Assembly: GCF_036365525.1 (NCBI RefSeq)
Contig: NC_090399.1
Coordinates: 42,750,430 to 42,814,429 of the forward strand
Source of the DNA: Heterodontus francisci
Lineage: Eukaryota
DNA: 64,000 bases
Direction: 5' to 3'
The notes under the pieces: model-generated
Told to the model about the DNA's origin: nothing
Databases searched by the model: none
The model's input: only the letters and a program-made list of their open reading frames with translations
Made by a program: the position numbers and the translations under genes
Shown here: one piece after another, positions 32,388 through 46,950 of the stretch
Numbering within the stretch: position 1 is the first letter of the stretch
Layout: each line of letters begins with the position of its first letter

Positions 32388-35300
32388 GTAATAAACCGTG
32401 CAAGTAATAAACCAGACCCTCCATAATAAACCACAAAAGTAATAAACCAGACCCTCCATAATAAACCACACAATTAATAAACCAGACCCTCCATAATAAA
32501 CCACAGAAGTAATAAACCAGACCCTCCATAATAAACCTACAGAAGTAATAAACCAGACCCTCCATAATAAACCTACAGAAGTAATAAACCAGACCCTCCA
32601 TAATAAACCACAGAAGTAATAAACCAGACCCTCCATAATAAACCTACAGAAGTAATAAACCAGACCCTCCATAATAAACCGACAGAAGTAATAAACCAGA
32701 CCCTCCATAAGAAACCACACAATTAATAAACCAGACCCTCCATAATAAACCTACAGAAGTAATAAACCAGACCCTCCATAATAAACCACAAAAGTAATAA
32801 ACCAGACCCTCCATAATAAACCTACAGAAGTAATAAACCAGACCCTCCATAATAAACCACAGAAGTAATAAACCAGACCCTCCATAATAACCTACAGAAG
32901 TAATAAACCAGACCCTCCATAATAAACCACAAAAGTAATAAACCAGACCCTCCATAATAAACCTACAGAAGTAATAAACCAGACCCTCCATAATAAACCA
33001 CACAATTAATAAACCAGACCCTCCATAATAAACCTACAGAAGTAATAAACCAGACCCTCCATAATAAACCACAGAAGTAATAAACCAGACCCTCCATAAT
33101 AACCTACAGAAGTAATAAACCAGACCCTCCATAATAAACCACAAAAGTAATAAACCAGACCCTCCATAATAAACCTACAGAAGTAATAAACCAGACCCTC
33201 CATAATAAACCACACAATTAATAAACCAGACCCTCCATAATAAACCTACAGAAGTAATAAACCAGACCCTCCATAATAAACCACAAAGGTAATAAACCAG
33301 ACCCTCCATAATAAACCACACAATTAATAAACCAGACCCTCCAGAATAAACCACAGAAGTAATAAACCAGACCCTCCATAATAAACCTACAGAAGTAATA
33401 AACCAGACCCTCCATAATAAACCACACAATTAATAAACCAGACCCTCCATAATAAACCTACAGAAGTAATAAACCAGACCCTCCATAATAAACCACAAAA
33501 GTAATAGACCAGACTCTCCATAATAAACCTACAGAAGTAATAAACCAGACCCTCCATAATAAACCACACAATTAATAAACCAGACCCTCCATAATAAACC
33601 TACAGAAGTAAAAAACCAGACCCTCCATAATAAACCACACAATTAATAAACCAGACCCTCCATAATAAACCTACAGAAGTAATAAACCAGACCCTCCATA
33701 ATAAACCTACAGAAGTAATAAACAAGACCCTCCATAATAAACCACAAAAGTAATAAACCAGACCCTCCATAATAAACCTACAGAAGTAATAAACCAGATC
33801 CTCCATAATAAACCACACAATTAATAAACCAGACCCTCCAAAATAAACCTACAGAAGTAATAAACCAGACCCTCCATAATAAACCACACAATTAATAAAC
33901 CAGACCCTCCATAATAAACCTACAGAAGTAATAAACCAGACCCTCCATAATAAACCACACAATTAATAAACCAGACCCTCCATAATAAACCTACAGAAGT
34001 AATAAACCAGACCCTCCATAATAAACCACACAATTAATAAACCAGACCCTCCATAATAAACCACACAATTAATAAACCAGACCCTCCATAATAAACCTAC
34101 AGAAGTAATAAACCAGACCCTCCATAATAAACCACACAATTAATAAACCAGACCCTCCATAATAAACCTACAGAAGTAATAAACCAGACCCTCCATAATA
34201 AACCACACAATTAATAAACCAGACCCTCCATAATAAACCACACAATTAATAAACCAGACCCTCCATAATAAACCACACAATTAATAAACCAGACCCTCCA
34301 TAATAAACCTGCAGAAGTAATAAACCAGACCCTCCATAATAAACCACACAATTAATAAACCAGACCCTCCATAATAAACCTACAGAAGTAATAAACCAGA
34401 CCCTCCATAATAAACCACACAATTAATAAACCAGACCCTCCATAATAAACCACACAATTAATAAACCAGACCCTCCATAATAAACCTACAGAAGTAATAA
34501 ACCAGACCCTCCATAATAAACCACACAATTAATAAACCAGACCCTCCATAATAAACCACACAATTAATAAACCAGACCTTCCATAATAAACCTACAGAAG
34601 TAATAAACCAGACCCTCCATAATAAACCACACAATTAATAAACCAGACCCTCCATAATAAACCACACAATTAATAAACCAGACCCTCCATAATAAACCAC
34701 ACAATTAATAAACCAGACCCTCCATAATAAACCACACAATTAATAAACCAGACCCTCCATAATAAACCTACAGAAGTAATAAACCAGACCCTCCATAATA
34801 AACCACACAATTAATAAACCAGACCCTCCATAATAAACCTACAGAAGTAATAAACCAGACCCTCCATAATAAACCTACAGAAGTAATAAACCAGACCCTC
34901 CATAATAAACCACACAATTAATAAACCAGACCCTCCATAATAAACCACACAATTAATAAACCAGACCCTCCATAATAAACCACACAATTAATAAACCAGA
35001 CCCTCCATAATAAACCACACAATTAATAAACCAGACCCTCCATAATAAACCACACAATTAATAAACCAGACCCTCCATAATAAACCTACAGAAGTAATAA
35101 ACCAGACCCTCCATAATAAACCACACAATTAATAAACCAGACAATTAATAAACCAGACCCTCCATAATAAACCACACAATTAATAAACCAGACCCTCCAT
35201 AATAAACCTACAGAAGTAATAAACCAGACCCTCCATAATAAACCACACAATTAATAAACCAGATCCTCCATAATAAACCACACAATTAATAAACCAGACC

Positions 35301-38300
35301 CTCCATAATAAACCACACAATTAATAAACCAGACCCTCCATAATAAACCACACAATTAATAAACCAGACCCTCCATAATAAACCTACAGAAGTAATAAAC
35401 CAGACCCTCCATAATAAACCACACAATTAATAAACCAGATCCTCCATAATAAACCACACAATTAATAAACCAGACCCTCCATAATAAACCACACAATTAA
35501 TAAACCAGACCCTCCATAATAAACCACACAATTAATAAACCAGACTCTCCATAATAAACCACACAATTAATAAACCAGACCCTCCATAATAAACCACACA
35601 ATTAATAAACCAGACCCTCCATAATAAACCACACAATTAATAAACCAGACCCTCCATAATAAACCACACAATTAATAAACCAGACCCTCCATAATAAACC
35701 ACACAATTAATAAACCAGACCCTCCATAATAAACCACACAATTAATAAACCAGACAATTAATAAACCAGACCCTCCATAATAAACCACACAATTAATAAA
35801 CCAGACCCTCCATAATAAACCTACAGAAGTAATAAACCAGACCCTCCATAATAAACCACACAATTAATAAACCAGATCCTCCATAATAAACCACACAATT
35901 AATAAACCAGACCCTCCATAATAAACCACACAATTAATAAACCAGACCCTCCATAATAAACCACACAATTAATAAACCAGACCCTCCATAATAAACCACA
36001 CAATTAATAAACCAGACCCTCCATAATAAACCTACAGAAGTAATAAACCAGACCCTCCATAATAAACCACACAATTAATAAACCAGACCCTCCATAATAA
36101 ACCACACAATTAATAAACCAGACCCTCCATAATAAACCTACAGAAGTAATAAACCAGACCCTCCATAATAAACCACACAATTAATAAACCAGACCCTCCA
36201 TAATAAACCACACAATTAATAAACCAGACCCTCCATAATAAACCTACAGAAGTAATAAACCAGACCCTCCATAATAAACCTACAGAAGTAATAAACCAGA
36301 CCCTCCATAATAAACCACACAATTAATAAACCAGACCCTCCATAATAAACCACACAATTAATAAACCAGACCCTCCATAATAAACCACACAATTAATAAA
36401 CCAGACCCTCCATAATAAACCACACAATTAATAAACCAGACCCTCCATAATAAACCACACAATTAATAAACCAGACCCTCCATAATAAACCTACAGAAGT
36501 AATAAACCAGACCCTCCATAATAAACCACACAATTAATAAACCAGACAATTAATAAACCAGACCCTCCATAATAAACCACACAATTAATAAACCAGACCC
36601 TCCATAATAAACCTACAGAAGTAATAAACCAGACCCTCCATAATAAACCACACAATTAATAAACCAGATCCTCCATAATAAACCACACAATTAATAAACC
36701 AGACCCTCCATAATAAACCACACAATTAATAAACCAGACCCTCCATAATAAACCACACAATTAATAAACCAGACTCTCCATAATAAACCACACAATTAAT
36801 AAACCAGACCCTCCATAATAAACCACACAATTAATAAACCAGACCCTCCATAATAAACCTACAGAAGTAATAAACCAGACCCTCCATAATAAACCACACA
36901 ATTAATAAACCAGACCCTCCATAATAAACCACACAATTAATAAACCAGACCCTCCATAATAAACCACACAATTAATAAACCAGACCCTCCATAATAAACC
37001 ACACAATTAATAAACCAGACTCTCCATAATAAACCACACAATTAATAAACCAGACCCTCCATAATAAACCACACAATTAATAAACCAGACTCTCCATAAT
37101 AAACCACACAATTAATAAACCAGACCCTCCATAATAAACCACACAATTAATAAACCAGACCCTCCATAATAAACCTACAGAAGTAATAAACCAGACCCTC
37201 CATAACAAACCACACAATTAATAAACCAGACCCTCCATCATAAACCACACAATTAATAAACCAGACCCTCCATAATAAACCTACAGAAGTAATAAACCAG
37301 ATCCTCCATAATAAACCACACAATTAATAAACCAGACCCTCCATAATAAACCACACAATTAATAAACCAGACCCTCCATAATAAACCACACAATTAATAA
37401 ACCAGACCCTCCATAATAAACCACACAATTAATAAACCAGACCCTCCATAATAAACCACACAATTAATAAACCAGACCCTCCATAATAAACCTACAGAAG
37501 TAATAAACCAGACCCTCCATAATAAACCACACAATTAATAAACCAGACCCTCCATAATAAACCACAAAAGTAATAAACCAGACCCTCCATAATAAACCTA
37601 CAGAAGTAATAAACCAGACCCTCCATAATAAACCACACAATTAATAAACCAGACCCTCCAAAATAAACCTACAGAAGTAATAAACCAGACCCTCCATAAT
37701 AAACCACACAATTAATAAACCAGACCCTCCATAATAAACCTACAGAAGTAATAAACCAGACCCTCCATAATAAACCACACAATTAATAAACCAGACCCTC
37801 CATAATAAACCACACAATTAATAAACCAGACCCTCCATAATAAACCTACAGAAGTAATAAACCAGACCCTCCATAATAAACCTACAGAAGTAATAAACCA
37901 GATCCTCCATAATAAACCACACAATTAATAAACCAGACCCTCCATAATAAACCTACAGAAGTAATAAACCAGACCCTCCATAATAAACCACACAATTAAT
38001 AAACCAGACCCTCCATAATAAACCTACAGAAGTAATAAACCAGACCCTCCATAATAAACCACACAATTAATAAACCAGACCCTCCATAATAAACCACACA
38101 ATTAATAAACCAGACCCTCCATAATAAACCTACAGAAGTAATAAACCAGACCCTCCATAATAAACCACACAATTAATAAACCAGACCCTCCATAATAAAC
38201 CTACAGAAGTAATAAACCAGACCCTCCATAATAAACCACACAATTAATAAACCAGACCCTCCATAATAAACCTACAGAAGTAATAAACCAGACCCTCCAT

Positions 38301-39564
38301 AATAAACCACACAATTAATAAACCAGACCCTCCATAATAAACCTACAGAAGTAATAAACCAGACCCTCCATAATAAACCACACAATTAATAAACCAGACC
38401 CTCCATAATAAACCACACAATTAATAAACCAGACCCTCCATAATAAACCACACAATTAATAAACCAGACCCTCCATAATAAACCTACAGAAGTAATAAAC
38501 CAGACCCTCCATAATAAACCACACAATTAATAAACCAGACCCTCCATAATAAACCACACAATTAATAAACCAGACCCTCCATAATAAACCTACAGAAGTA
38601 ATAAACTAGACCCTCCATAATAAACCACACAATTAATAAACCAGACCCTCCATAATAAACCACACAATTAATAAACCAGACCCTCCATAATAAACCTACA
38701 GAAGTAATAAACCAGACCCTCCATAATAAACCACACAATTAATAAACCAGACCCTCCATAATAAACCTACAGAAGTAATAAACCAGACCCTCCATAATAA
38801 ACCTACAGAAGTAATAAACCAGACCCTCCATAATAAACCACACAATTAATAAACCAGACCCTCCATAATAAACCTACAGAAGTAATAAACCAGACCCTCC
38901 ATAATAAACCTACAGAAGTAATAAACCAGACCCTCCATAATAAACCACAAAAGTAATAAACCAGACCCTCCATCATAAACCTGCAGAAGTAATAAACCAG
39001 ACCCTCCATAATAAACCTACAGAAGTAATAAACCAGACCCTCCATAATAAACCACACAATTAATAAACCAGACCCTCCATAATAAACCACACAATTAATA
39101 AACCAGACCCTCCATAATAAACCACAGAAGTAATAAACCAGACCCTCCATAATAAACCACACAATTAATAAACCAGACCCTCCATAATAAACCACAAAAG
39201 TAATAAACCAGACCCTCCATAATAAACCACAAAAGTAATAAACCAGACCCTCCATAATAAACCTACAGAAGTAATAAACCAGACCCTCCATAATAAACCA
39301 CACAATTAATAAACCAGACCCTCCATAATAAACCACACAATTAATAAACCAGACCCTCCATAATAAACCTACAGAAGTAATAAACCAGACCCTCCATAAT
39401 AAACCTACAGAAGTAATAAACCAGACCCTCCATAATAAACCTACAGAAGTAATAAACCAGACCCTCCATAATAAACCACACAATTAATAAACCAGACCCT
39501 CCATAATAAACCACACAATTAATAAACCAGACCCTCCATAATAAACCACACAATTAATAAACCA
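32388..39564. repeat. 35/36-bp minisatellite, ~7.2 kb, ~200 units
   Basis: Constant core TAATAAACCAGACCCTCCATAATAAACC plus a variable tail: TACAGAAG, ACACAAT, ACAGAAG or ACAAAAG. Confidence 0.99.
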
Positions 39565-40747
39565 TGATGATGGTATCTGTCCATCTCGGGAGACAATGGA
39601 CTTTGTCCAAGGTGTGTGTCATTTCTGAATTGAACAACTTCTGTTGTGGCTGTAGAGGCTGGCTCGTGAGTGGCATTCCCTTACACAGCTGGCACAGATG
39701 AACAACATTGGCCCAAGGTTTGTTTCTGTTTGTTTTCCTTCTGCCGGCCTCTCTTTTCTGCCATCATTTATTTTGTCTTCTGCTTTTTCCACACTCTTCC
39801 TGACTGCCTTTCTCCAGACACTCCAGTCAGTGTAGTATAATGGCCTGAAAGGGTTAATGTTTGAGACAGTGAGAGTAAACCCCTCCCATAGCAGTGATGA
39901 GGATGTAATGGTCACATGGGTATTAGGCTGGGAAGAAGCTAGAAGCAGCACGAGAAGTGTTGGCTAGACAGGCTTGTGGAGAGTGTAAATAGTTATATGT
40001 ATATTATAAACAAGTTATTCATTAACCCTGCAAAGACTCTGAAACTTCTGTTAACAACACTCAATCCAGGCGACAACAATACCCAAGAGTCAGCAGCAAG
40101 GACTTCCCACACATCGACTCTGATCCCGGTCAATTTGAGGTCTAGCTTTCAGACATCCTTGTATCGCAGACATGGATGACCTGTTGGTCTCGGCCAATAG
40201 CTCGCGTCTTTGTGTATGCAGCCATCAGCTGTCACTCATTTAGCCAACGAATTTGCCGCTGACTCAAGAGGGCAAACATGCTGGGGATCCCTATACACCG
40301 GTATACTTCTGTATTTGACACACTGTCCTGCCAGGAGATGCCCAATATCTGTCTGAGGCAGCAGAGCTGGAAGCTGTTCAGTCACTTTTCTTGGCTTGCA
40401 CAAGTTGTCCATGTTTCGCTACTATAAAGGAGGGTGCTGAGAACACAAGTCTGGTACACGCAGAGCATTGTATTTTCGGTTAGTTTGCTGTTGGTCCACA
40501 CTCACCTTCTCAACTTTAACATGACAGCTGCGGCCTTGGCAATGTTGGTGCTGATTTCGGCATCAAAGGGGCAGGTTGCTGGTGATTGTTGATCCAATGT
40601 ATGTGAAGCTGTCGCTGACCTCCAGAGTGAGGTTGTCCATGTTGATGGAAGGTGGAGTCTCTATGTCCTGACACATATCTTTTGTCTTCCTGACACTGAT
40701 CATCAGTCTAAACTCCTTGCAGGCCCAGGAGAACCGATCTACAAGTT
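39565..40747 (-). mobile_element. Older RTE LINE, 3' part (decayed)
   Basis: Zinc finger FICASCVRECHSRASLYSH, a 3' UTR resembling 6900-6920 (CCATTGTCTCCCGAGA) and a (CAT)n tail. Confidence 0.88.
39831..40059 (+). mobile_element. Short solo-LTR-like insertion inside the RTE
   Basis: TGT...ACA termini, and it interrupts otherwise colinear RTE sequence. No clean TSD. Confidence 0.55.
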
Positions 40748-41095
40748 TATTTTATTTTATTTAGAGATACAGCACTGAAACAGGCCCTTTGGCCCACCGA
40801 GTCTGTGCCAACCAACAACCACCCATTTATACTAATCCTACATTAATCCCATATTCCTACCACAGCCCCACCTTCCCTCAATTCCCCTACCACCAACCTA
40901 TACTATGGGGAATTTATAAAGGCCAATTTACCTATCAACCTGCAAGGCTTTGGCTGTGGGAGGAAACCGGAACACCCGGAGGAAACCCAAGCGGTCACAG
41001 GGAGAACTTGCAAACTCCACACAGGCAGTACCCAGAATCGAACCCGGGTTGATGGAGCTGCGAGGCTGCGGTGCTAACCACTGCACCACTGTGCT
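40748..41095 (-). mobile_element. HE1-type SINE
   Basis: tRNA-like head (CACAGTGGTGCAGTGGTTAGCACCGCAGCCTC..GGTTCGATTC) on the minus strand, with a CR1-like tail. Confidence 0.92.
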
Positions 41096-42085
41096 CACGT
41101 GCTCATGTGCATCAATTTCCTGACACTCACCTCCACTCGCGATGGCAAGGATCAGATCTGTGAGATAATTGATGCTGCCATCAGCAGAATTCCCAGCACT
41201 GAGGGACTGTACCTTCTAAATGATTTCAACACAAGGGTGGGTACCAACTACACAGCTTGGCCAATGTGCATAGGGCACCAGGGAATTAGCACGATGAACA
41301 AAAATGGACAGAGGTTGCTGGAGCTATGCTGTCACCATGGACTGTGTGTGATGAGCAGCTCCTTCCAGGTCAAGCCCATGTCACAAGGTGTCCTGGAGAC
41401 ATCCGAGATCAGGCCACTGGCACCAGCTCGACCTTATCACCAGACGTATCACCCTCAATAGTGTCCTCATCACTCACAGCTATCACAGTGCTGACTGTGA
41501 CACTGACCACTCTCTGATGTGTAGCAAGGTCAGGCTTCAGCCAAGGAAACGATACCAATTCAAGAAAAAAGGTCGTCCTCGGATCAACACTTGCTGTACC
41601 ACTGACCCAAACAGGACCCAAGAGTTCCTCAACATCCTCGATCAGACTCTTTCAGATAACAATACCCAAAACCAGAGTGCGGTGTCAAAATGGGATCATC
41701 TGCATGTCACCATCTATAACTCTGCACTCATTGCATAGAAGAAAAGAGATCGGAAAACCCGCACTGCTGTAACATCTCCATGAACACTTGTGTCTCTGTT
41801 GGAAGGAAAGATCTGTGCCTCAAGATATGCATCATGCATACATTGTCACCTTGTACAAAACTAACGGGGATCACAGTGACTGCAACAATTACTGAGGCAT
41901 CTACTTGCTCGACATGATTTTCTCACTTCGGCAATTACAGGAGAAGTGCCATGAACAGCGCAGACCGCTCTACATTTCCTTCATAGACCTCACCAAGACC
42001 TTCAATCTTGTCAGCAGAGACGGATTCTTCAAACTGCTGTGGAAAATAGGCTGCGCTCCTAGACTCCTGGATGTTACATCTTTAT
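41096..42085 (+). mobile_element. Older RTE LINE, endonuclease and N-terminal RT part, inverted relative to 39565-40747
   Basis: LLNDFNTRVG, SWRHPRSGHWHQLDLI, SADCDTDH, RQLQEKC and FIDLTK, with internal deletions. Confidence 0.88.
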
Positions 42086-42352
42086 TATAGAATTATAGAA
42101 CAGGAGTCTAAAAGATGGTTAAACATAAAGTGATAGAAAATCCTATTAAAAATGAGTTAAAATATCTGTGGAGCAATGCCCACAGTATCTGTAATAAAAC
42201 AGGTGAGCTGGAGGCGATTGTGTATTGGGAGAAACCAGATGTAGTCGGGATTACTGAGACATGGCTACTGAAAATTCAGGGACTGGGAATTAAACATTGC
42301 AGGGTATAACATATTTAGAAATGACAGAGAGGGATAAAAGGAAGGTGGAGTA

Positions 42353-44238
42353 CAAAGAACAGAGAACAGTGCAGCACAGGAACAGGCCATTCGGCCCTCC
42401 AAGCCTGCGCCGATCTTGATGCCTGCCTAAACTAAAACCTTCTGCACTTCCGGGGACCGTATCCCTCTATTTCCAACCTATTCATGTATTTGTCAAGATG
42501 CCTCTTAAACGTCGCTATCGTACATGCTTCCACCACCACCCCCGGCAGCAAGTTCCAGGCACTCACCACCCTCTGTGTAAAGAACTTGCCTCGCACATCC
42601 CTTCTAAACTTTGCCCCTCTCACCTTAAACCTATGTCCCCTAGTAACTGACTCTTCCACCCTGGGAAAAAGCTTCTGACTATCCACTCTGTCCATGCCGC
42701 TCATAACTTTGTAAACCTCCATCACGTTGCCCCTCCACCTCCGTCGTTCCAGTGAAAACAATCCGAGTTTATCCAACCTCTCCTCATAGCTAATGCCCTC
42801 CAGACCAGGCAACATCCTGGTAAACCTCTTCTGTACCCTCTCCAAAGCCTCCACGTCCTTCTGGTAGTGTGGCGACCAGAATTGCACGCAATATTCTAAG
42901 TGTGGCCTAACTAACGTTCTGTACAGCTGCAGCATGACTTGTCAATTTTTATACTCTATGCCCCGACCGATGAAGGCAAGCATGCCGTATGCCTTCTTGA
43001 CTGCCTTATCCACCTGCGTTGCCACTTTCAGTGACCTGTGGACCTGTACGCCCAGATCTCTCTGCCTGTCAATACTCCTAAGGGTTCTGCCATTTACTGT
43101 ATACTTCCCACCTGCATTAGACTTTCCAAAATGCATTACCTCACATTTGTCCGGATTAAACTCCATCTGCCATTTCTCCGCCCAAGTCTCCAACCGATCT
43201 ATATCCTGCTGTATCCTCTGACAATCCTCATCACTACCCGCAACTCCACCAACCTTTGTGTCGTCCGCAAACTTACTAATCAGACCAGCTACATTTTCCT
43301 TCAAATCATTTATATATACTACAAACAGCAAAGGTACCAGCACTGATCCCTGCGGAACACCACTAGTCACATCCCTCCATTCAGAAATAGCACCCTTCCA
43401 CCTCTATCTTCTTTGACAGAGCCAGTTCTGTATCCATCTTGCCAGCTCACCTCTGATCCAGTGTGACTTCACCTTTTGTACCAGTCTGCCATGAGGGACC
43501 TTGTCAAAGGCTTTACTGAAGTCCATATAGATAACATCCACTGCCCTTCCTTCATCAATCATCTTTGTCACTTCCTCAAAAAACTCAATCAAATTAGTAA
43601 GACACGACCTCCCCTTCACAAAACTATGCTGCTTCTCACTAATAAGTTTGTTTGTTTCCAAATGGGAGTAAATCCTGTCCCGAATAATCCTCCCTAATAG
43701 TTTCCGTACCACTGACGTGAGGCTCACCGGCCTATAATTTCCTGGATTATCCTTGCTTCCCTTCTTAAACAAAGGAACAACATTGGCTATTCTCCAGTCC
43801 TCTGGGACCTCACCTGTAGCCAATGAGGATGCAAAGATTTCTGTCAAGGCCCCAGCAATTTCTTCCCTTGCCTCCCTCAGTATTCTAGGGTAGATCCCAT
43901 CAGGCCCTGGGGACTTATCTACCTTAATGCTTCGCAAGACACCCAACACCTCCTCCTTTTTGATAATAAGATGACTGAGACTATCTACACACCCTTCCCT
44001 CGGCTCATCATCCACCAAGACCTACTCTTTGGTGAATACTGATGCAAAGTACTCATTTAGTACCTCGCCCATTTCCTCTGGCTCCACACATAGATTCCCA
44101 TCTCTGTCCTTGAGTGGGCCAACCCTTTCCTGAGTTACCCTCTTGCTCTTTATAAAAAGCCTTGGGATTATCCTTAATCCTGTTTGCCAATTACTTTTCA
44201 TGACCCCTTTTAGCCCTCCTGACTCCTTGCGCTGATTA
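42353..44238 (-). mobile_element. Younger CR1 LINE (RT and 3' end), 5'-truncated
   Basis: YMDFSKAFDKVPH, SGVPQGSV, KFADDTK and RPHLEYCVQFWSP. Flanked by a 6-bp TSD GGAGTA (42347-42352 and 44239-44244). Confidence 0.93.
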
Positions 44239-44390
44239 GGAGTAGCATAATGGCAGCAGAAAAAAAGGGATGCAGCTATTTGCAAGACAGAAATAGAATT
44301 CATATGGATAGAGATAAAAGATAATAAATGATCAATCACACGAACAGCTCTAGTCTACAGACCCCACCTAATAGATGTAGAAAGAAATAT

Positions 44391-45411
44391 AGTTACTACC
44401 AAGCCGGGAGAAATGCACTGTTAATTCTGTCCCACTTCTCCACGGGTCACAACACATCAATAAATTTTTTCCACCAAACAAAGAATAGCCAATTAGATTC
44501 TATTTGTCCCCCAGAATAAAGCACACCAACCAGGTTTCTTTAAACAACAACAACACTAACTATTTTTAAAAAAGTCTTTACTAATGAGATAAATCTATAT
44601 ATGTGAAAGCTCCTTATTTCCCTCGTCTTCATGCACACACATGCATTAAAAAAAACAGTTAAGTGGGAAAAAAAGGTTTTGATTTACAGCTGTTTCTTCG
44701 AAATAGAATGAATAATAAAATAAATCAGTTTGTCACGTTCTGGTAGGATATTCTTCAGTTAGGTGAGGTGTCCCAGAGTCGCATAGTCAAATGCTACATA
44801 AAGTCTCTCCAGGCGAGGTTGATGAGCAGTCTATGATGGATAGGCATTCAAGGCAATTCAGCTACAGCAGGCATCATATAGGTTTTTCAGCAGGAGTGTA
44901 GCAACAGGTTCCAGGATTTCCCAAAACACAGGAGGAAACAGGAACCACACTGGATGCAGGAATTCATCAGAGACAGGAATCAATAGGAATCTGCCAGCTT
45001 TCAAATACAGGATTTATTTTCAAGAGATGCAAGTTTCCTTTTCAGAGAGAGGTATTTTCTGGGTCTTCCACTTTGATCTCCAGGCAGGTTAGAAACCAAA
45101 TTTCAAATGCCTGCTGTTCGTCCAACTCACTGGTTTAAAAAGAGTCGAAAATGAAAGTAAATCTTACTGAGCTGATCACATGATCAGACACAGTGTCTCC
45201 CCTGTCATTCACAGTGTTGCTCTGAGGAGTTCAAAGACCGCTGACTGGCGTCCTTGAAACTGCTTGCTTTCCTATTCTTGTATACAAAGTCAACATCCAA
45301 AAGTTTCAGATATTTACAGGTGTCCATGTCTACTGAACATCCTTTTTTCCATTTTTTTAAAAACACATAGAATTCTAAGATTTTAGTACAAAAATAAAAC
45401 CTCTTGTAACA
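44391..45411 (-). mobile_element. Solo LTR (Gypsy-type), ~1.02 kb
   Basis: Termini aGTTAC...GTAACA with a 4-bp TSD ATAT. The end sequence is related in reverse complement to 49400-49441. Confidence 0.8.
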
Positions 45412-45414
45412 ATA

Positions 45415-45940
45415 TGCATACCACACTTTAGAAGTGACATTAAGGCATTAGAGAGAGTGCATAAGAGTCACGAGAATGGTTCTAGGGATGAGGAACTTCA
45501 GTTCTGTGGATAGTTTGGAGAAACTGGAGCTGTTCTCCTTGGAGAAGAGGAGATTTGATAGAGGTGTTCAAAATCATGAGGGGTCTGAACAGACTAGATT
45601 GGGAGAAACTGTTCCCATAACTGTTCCCATTCGCAGAAAGATTCAGAACCAGAGGACAATGATTCAAGACAATTGGCAAAAAAAAACCAATGGTGACATG
45701 GGGAAAACCTGTTTTATATACAGCAAATGGTTAGGATCTGGAATGCACTACCTGAGAGTGTGATGGAGGCAGATTCAATAGAGGCTTTCAAAACAGAATC
45801 GGATAATTATTTGAAGAGAAAAACAATCAGGACTATGGGGAAAAGGCAGGGAGTGGGACTAGTTGAGTTGCTCTTGCAGAAAACTGATACGGCAGGCTGA
45901 ATGGCCTCCTTCTGTGCTGTAACCATTCTATGATTCTGTA
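45415..45940 (+). mobile_element. CR1 3' fragment
   Basis: GMRNFS..LEKLELFSLEKRR, with tail GGCTGAATGGCCTCCTTCTGTGCTG..ATTCTATGATTCT. Confidence 0.8.
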
Positions 45941-46429
45941 ATTCTAATAATTGTGGGTGATTTCAACAAAACAGATATTAGTTGGACGGGAGAGGTAGGT
46001 AAAGGGGAGAAGGGAATGGAGTTCCTACAATGTGTACAGGACTCCTTTCTAACCCAATATGTAAAAAGCCCAACAAGGGAAGATTGCTCTTAGATCTAGT
46101 AATGGGGAATGAACCAGAGCAGATAAGAGAAGTAAAAACAGAGGAACATCGAGGCAATAGTGACCATAATATAACACACTTTAAGATGATGATAGAAAAA
46201 AAGTCAGAAGTATGACCTGGATAACAGATTGGAGTAAAGCTGATTTTGAGGGACTGAGAATAGAACTTGGGAAAATAAAATGGGAAAAAATATTGGCAAA
46301 CGATGATGCAGATTCTAGAACAACAATGGGAAACATTTAAAACTGTGTTCAGCAGAGTGCAGGAAAATATATTCTGCGAGAATGAAAGAACAAACTAAAC
46401 ACTCGTGAGACTCTATGGATGAATAAAGA

Positions 46430-46715
46430 ATGATCTGGAATTGAAAGCTAGTCTCAGTCATGGTGCCATGAAACTATCATCAATTGTCGTAAAAGCCCAT
46501 GTGGTTCACTAATGTCTGTTAGGAAAGGAAATCTGCTGTCCTTACCTGGTCTGACCGACATGTGACTCCAGACCCACAGCAATGTGGTTGACTCTTAACT
46601 ATGCTCTGAAATAGCCTAACAAGCCACTCAGTTGTCAAGGGAAATTTGGGATGGGCAACAAATTCTGACCTTGCCAGCAATGCCCACATCCCAATAAAGA
46701 ATAAAAAGTAAAAAA
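46430..46715 (+). mobile_element. SINE body and 3' end sharing its tail with the LINE at 53405-54175
   Basis: The tail GGGATGGGCAACAAAT..GCCAGCAATGCCCACATCCCA matches 54115-54160. Confidence 0.7.
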
Positions 46716-46950
46716 ACAAAAATTAGGAAAGCACAGAGGAACTCTGAAATTAAATTATCAAAGAACAAAACAAAATAGTAAAATATTTCACTGACACATC
46801 AATAAAAAAGGAGGAAGGCTATGATGGGAATAGGACTATTAAGGATAGACAGGATAATACCACAGGTAAGGATAGAGAGATGGCAGAAATAATAAATAAT
46901 TATTTTGCTTTGTTGGTTATCAGGGAAATAGAACAGGTGAGCATGATTGA

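Noticed and set aside
32388-39564. CRISPR-like constant repeat plus variable spacer, and hydrophobic ORFs
   Set aside because: The variable part is only 7-8 nt with about four recurring states, there are no cas genes and the context is eukaryotic. The ORFs are repeat translations.
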